Shown: piece after piece, positions 60,995 through 64,000 of the stretch
How the letters are laid out: every line of letters begins with the position of its first letter
Position numbering within the stretch: position 1 is the stretch's first letter
Assembly (NCBI GenBank): GCA_951406725.2
Contig: OX597818.1
Location: 36,332,001 to 36,396,000 of the forward strand
Reading direction: 5' to 3'
Origin: Octopus vulgaris
Taxonomy: Eukaryota
Length of the DNA: 64,000 nucleotides
Notes under the pieces: generated by a model
Database searches by the model: none
What the model saw: the letters and a program-made list of their open reading frames with translations, nothing else
Told to the model about the DNA's origin: nothing
Made by a program: the position numbers and the translations under genes

Positions 60995-61790
60995 ATTGAA
61001 CAGGAATTTTACTAGAACTGACAGTGCCATGGGAAGAGAACATCGGCAATGTAGAGGAACAAAAGGAGAAGAAGTACGAAAAACTAATCGAAGAGTGCAG
61101 AGAACAGGGATGGAATGTCGAGTATTACCACCTGGCAGTGGGGGCTAGAGGTTTCATTGAAAGAAAAATGACAACGCTATTCAAAATAAGATTTGTTTTT
61201 TCTAGCTCCGAGCTGCGAAAACTAATAAGGAGAGTACAGGAGGCAATCGAAAAAGCCAGTTTCTATATATGGCTGAAGCGGGAAGACCAAAAATGGCTTG
61301 AAAGTCATAACATGCCGGCGGGAAATAACATCACTAGGTGAGACAAGCTGACACTGAATTAGCTTCGCTGACTGACAGGTGACAGTCGTTTAAAGAATAC
61401 GTGGGCTAAAACTACGCGCCTTCATTGGTCAGTTAAAGTTGAGAGCGGTCCACGTGACAACTTGCTGGGGGTGCCTGCTCGAGCCTAGTGGCAGGTATTT
61501 AAGGGGAAAACATTTGACGAGTCAGTCAGTCGCCGGCTGACACTCGTTGACACTACACCGAAGAGGCCAGGGAACAGAAGAAAGAAGACATGTACCCAAC
61601 ACCAGAGTTGAAGACAGCTCCGAAAGGGGGGGGGCACCTCAAGACGGTAGAGGAGTAGGGGCCGAAACCGGACGTGGTTCCTCCTGATGATGTCTTGAGC
61701 TAACTGGATCCTATACAGGAGCTGTTGTGGTAGCAGACCACGAAACACGGTTGTAATTCCGTTAGATTGCTAGTATTTAAGAGACAATGG
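60995..61790 (+). mobile_element. HERO/NeSL-like RLE retrotransposon 3' end with GC-rich 3' UTR
   Basis: ILLELTVPWEENI..KKYEKLIEECREQGW..LAVGARGF..AIEKASFYIWLKR (ORF to 61341), then ~450 bp of structured UTR. Confidence 0.85.
61638..61699 (+). ncRNA. Permuted (type II order) hammerhead-like motif in the retrotransposon 3' UTR
   Basis: CTCAAGAC...GAAA-CC ggacgt GG-TT-cctc-CTGATGA-t-GTCTTGAG: 8-bp closing helix, no normal stem I. Confidence 0.4.
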
Positions 61791-63464
61791 GTATTATGTC
61801 ATCTTTTGACAATGACACTTTATTAAAATATATACATGCATATATATATATATATATGTGTTTGTGTGTGTGTGTATATATATATATAAATATATGTGTA
61901 TATATAAATGCATATATATATATATTCACACGTGTGTGAGTGTGTGTAAACATGTATGTATATATTTGTATATATATATATATTTTCTTTTTTTCAGTTA
62001 AGTGGTGTAAAAATTTCTAAATCGCTTTGTATACATAACTATATATTCATCACTAAACACTATACAATTATGTTCATACTTCAATGACGGAATCAGATTA
62101 AGGCTAGAAAATGTCTAGACTTGTCTACCGTTGTTGCTAGGGTTTATTAAAAGCATTACATTCGTCATTGGCTAATAATGTTTTGTTCACATGGAATACT
62201 TTTTGGGGCTGTTTTCTTTTTCTATTTAATGCTTCGCTTCTATTAAAGGATACAGGCGTCCTACTTTACAGGCGTTTTATTAATTTATCTAATTATTGTC
62301 ATTTATATTCTTCTTCGTATGCATTCGTGTTATTCGTTCTTCCGTGAAGGTGCGTAGCTTAGCGGTAAGGGCATTCGGCTCACGATCTTACGACCGTGAG
62401 TTCAGTCCCTAGCGACGCGTTGTGTCCTTGAGCAAGACACCTTATTTCACGTTGCTCCAGTCCACTCAGCCGGCAAAAATGAGTTGCACCTGTATTTCAA
62501 AGGGCCAACCTTGTCACACATTATGTCACCCTGAATCTCCATGAGAACTACGTTAGGGGCACACGTGTCTGTGGAATGCTCAGCTACCTGCGCGTTAATT
62601 TCACGAGCAAGTTGTTCCGTTGATTGATCGTATCAGCTGGGACCCGTGTCGTTGTAACACATGTGTGTGTGTGTGTTTCTTTATGTCTGTGCTTGTCCGC
62701 CACCACCGCTTGACAACCGGTCTTAGTGAGTTTATGTCCTCTTAAAGTAGCGGTTCGGCGAAAAGAGAGCGATAGAATAAGTACCACGTTTTAAAAATAA
62801 GTCCCAGGGTAGATTGATTCGACTAAAACTTTTCAAGGCAGAGTTACAGCATGACCCCCCCACCACCACCACCACCACCACCGTACAAACATTACCGCCA
62901 CATATTCCTACTATAACCACTACTCATACTGCAACCACCACTAAATATCACCACCATTATAACCACCACCACCACAACCACCACCACTACTACTACTACT
63001 ACGACAAAAGATTAAAGATATATATATATATATTCTTTCACTTGTTTCAGCCATGAGACTGCAGCCATACTGGGGCACCATCTTAAGGGATTTTAGCCGA
63101 ACAGATCGACCCTAGGACTTATTCTTTGTAAGCCTCAATACCAGTTGTCAAGCGGTGATGGGGTGACAAGCACAGACAGAGACACACACACACATAGACA
63201 GATATATATATATATATCTGTGTGTGTGTGTGTATGTGTGTGTAAATGATTGGCTTCTTTCAGTTTCCGTCTACCAAATCCGCTGACAAGATTTTGGTCG
63301 GCTCGAGGTTATAGTAGTAGTGAAGGTGCCACGCGGTGGGACTGAACCCAGAACCATGTGGTTGGGAAACAAACTTCTTACCACACAGCCCCGCCTGCAC
63401 CTGTATGTATGTATACACACAAACACACACACGATTAGATATTGTTATTATTATATAGAAGTAT

Positions 63465-63822
63465 TTGAAAAGTATACTTAAAATTAGATGGCCCGAGCAC
63501 ATAAGCAATATGGAGCAATGGAAAAGTACAAATCAAGTTTCGATTAGGGAGCAAATATTTAAGAAAAAGTGGAAGTGGATTGGTAGCACAATTAGAAAAG
63601 AAACACCAAATGTAGCTAAAAGTACTTTACAGTGGAATCCGGGTGGATATAGAAAGAAAGGTAGGCCTAAGAACTCGTGGCGTAGATCAACACAAATAGA
63701 ACTAGAGAAAGGGGGACATTTATGGCAGAGTATAAGTACAGAAGCGAAAAATTATGCGACATGGAATTCAATCATAAGTGGCCTATACACCGCTTTGGAG
63801 GGTTAAAGGCAGAAGAAGAAGA

Positions 63823-63824
<2 letters not shown>
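63465..63824 (+). mobile_element. RTE-clade LINE 3' end
   Basis: ILKIRWPEHISN..KWKWIG..QWNPGGYRKKGRPKNSWRR..W followed directly by a (GAA)n tail. Confidence 0.9.
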
Positions 63825-63857
<33 letters not shown>

Positions 63858-63859
63858 CT

Positions 63860-63947
63860 TGCTAGTATATAAGGTACATACGTATGTTTATATATGTAAA
63901 TACTTATATATATATATAAACATACGTATGTACCTTATATACTAGCA
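63860..63947. repeat. Inverted repeat (~35-bp arms)
   Basis: TGCTAGTATATAAGGTACATACGTATGTTT / AAACATACGTATGTACCTTATATACTAGCA. Confidence 0.9.
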
Positions 63948-64000
63948 GACGCCTGATACACTCAGACACACATAGCTTACATCCACGACGTTGGCAACAC

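Overview
AT-rich, microsatellite-dense animal genomic DNA. The SINE families and repeat landscape look like coleoid cephalopod, most likely Octopus (recognised from memory, not searched). There is no intact single-exon gene, and most track ORFs are (TA)n/(ATT)n/(GATA)n artefacts. Retroelements: two 5'-truncated CR1/L2-group LINE copies in (TA)n, five R4/Dong-like RLE fragments next to (TTA)n, a HERO/NeSL-like 3' end, RTE remnants, several Penelope-like (PLE) fragments and dozens of tRNA-derived SINEs of three or four families. DNA elements: two GG-ended MITEs with 8-bp TSDs and internal (CCCTAA)n, a non-autonomous Helitron and a mariner MITE. Highlights: (1) hammerhead-ribozyme cores, including one near-canonical type I at 53461-53513 duplicated as an inverted repeat, and a permuted hammerhead-like core in the HERO 3' UTR; (2) recurrent long fold-back palindromes in (TA)n; (3) a degenerate 57/58-bp tandem array followed by candidate minus-strand exons, possibly a mucin/SEA-like relic with two in-frame UAG codons; (4) phase-compatible plus-strand candidate exons (52974-58647) that may encode a small single-pass membrane protein. 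All exon calls were made by eye and are unverified.
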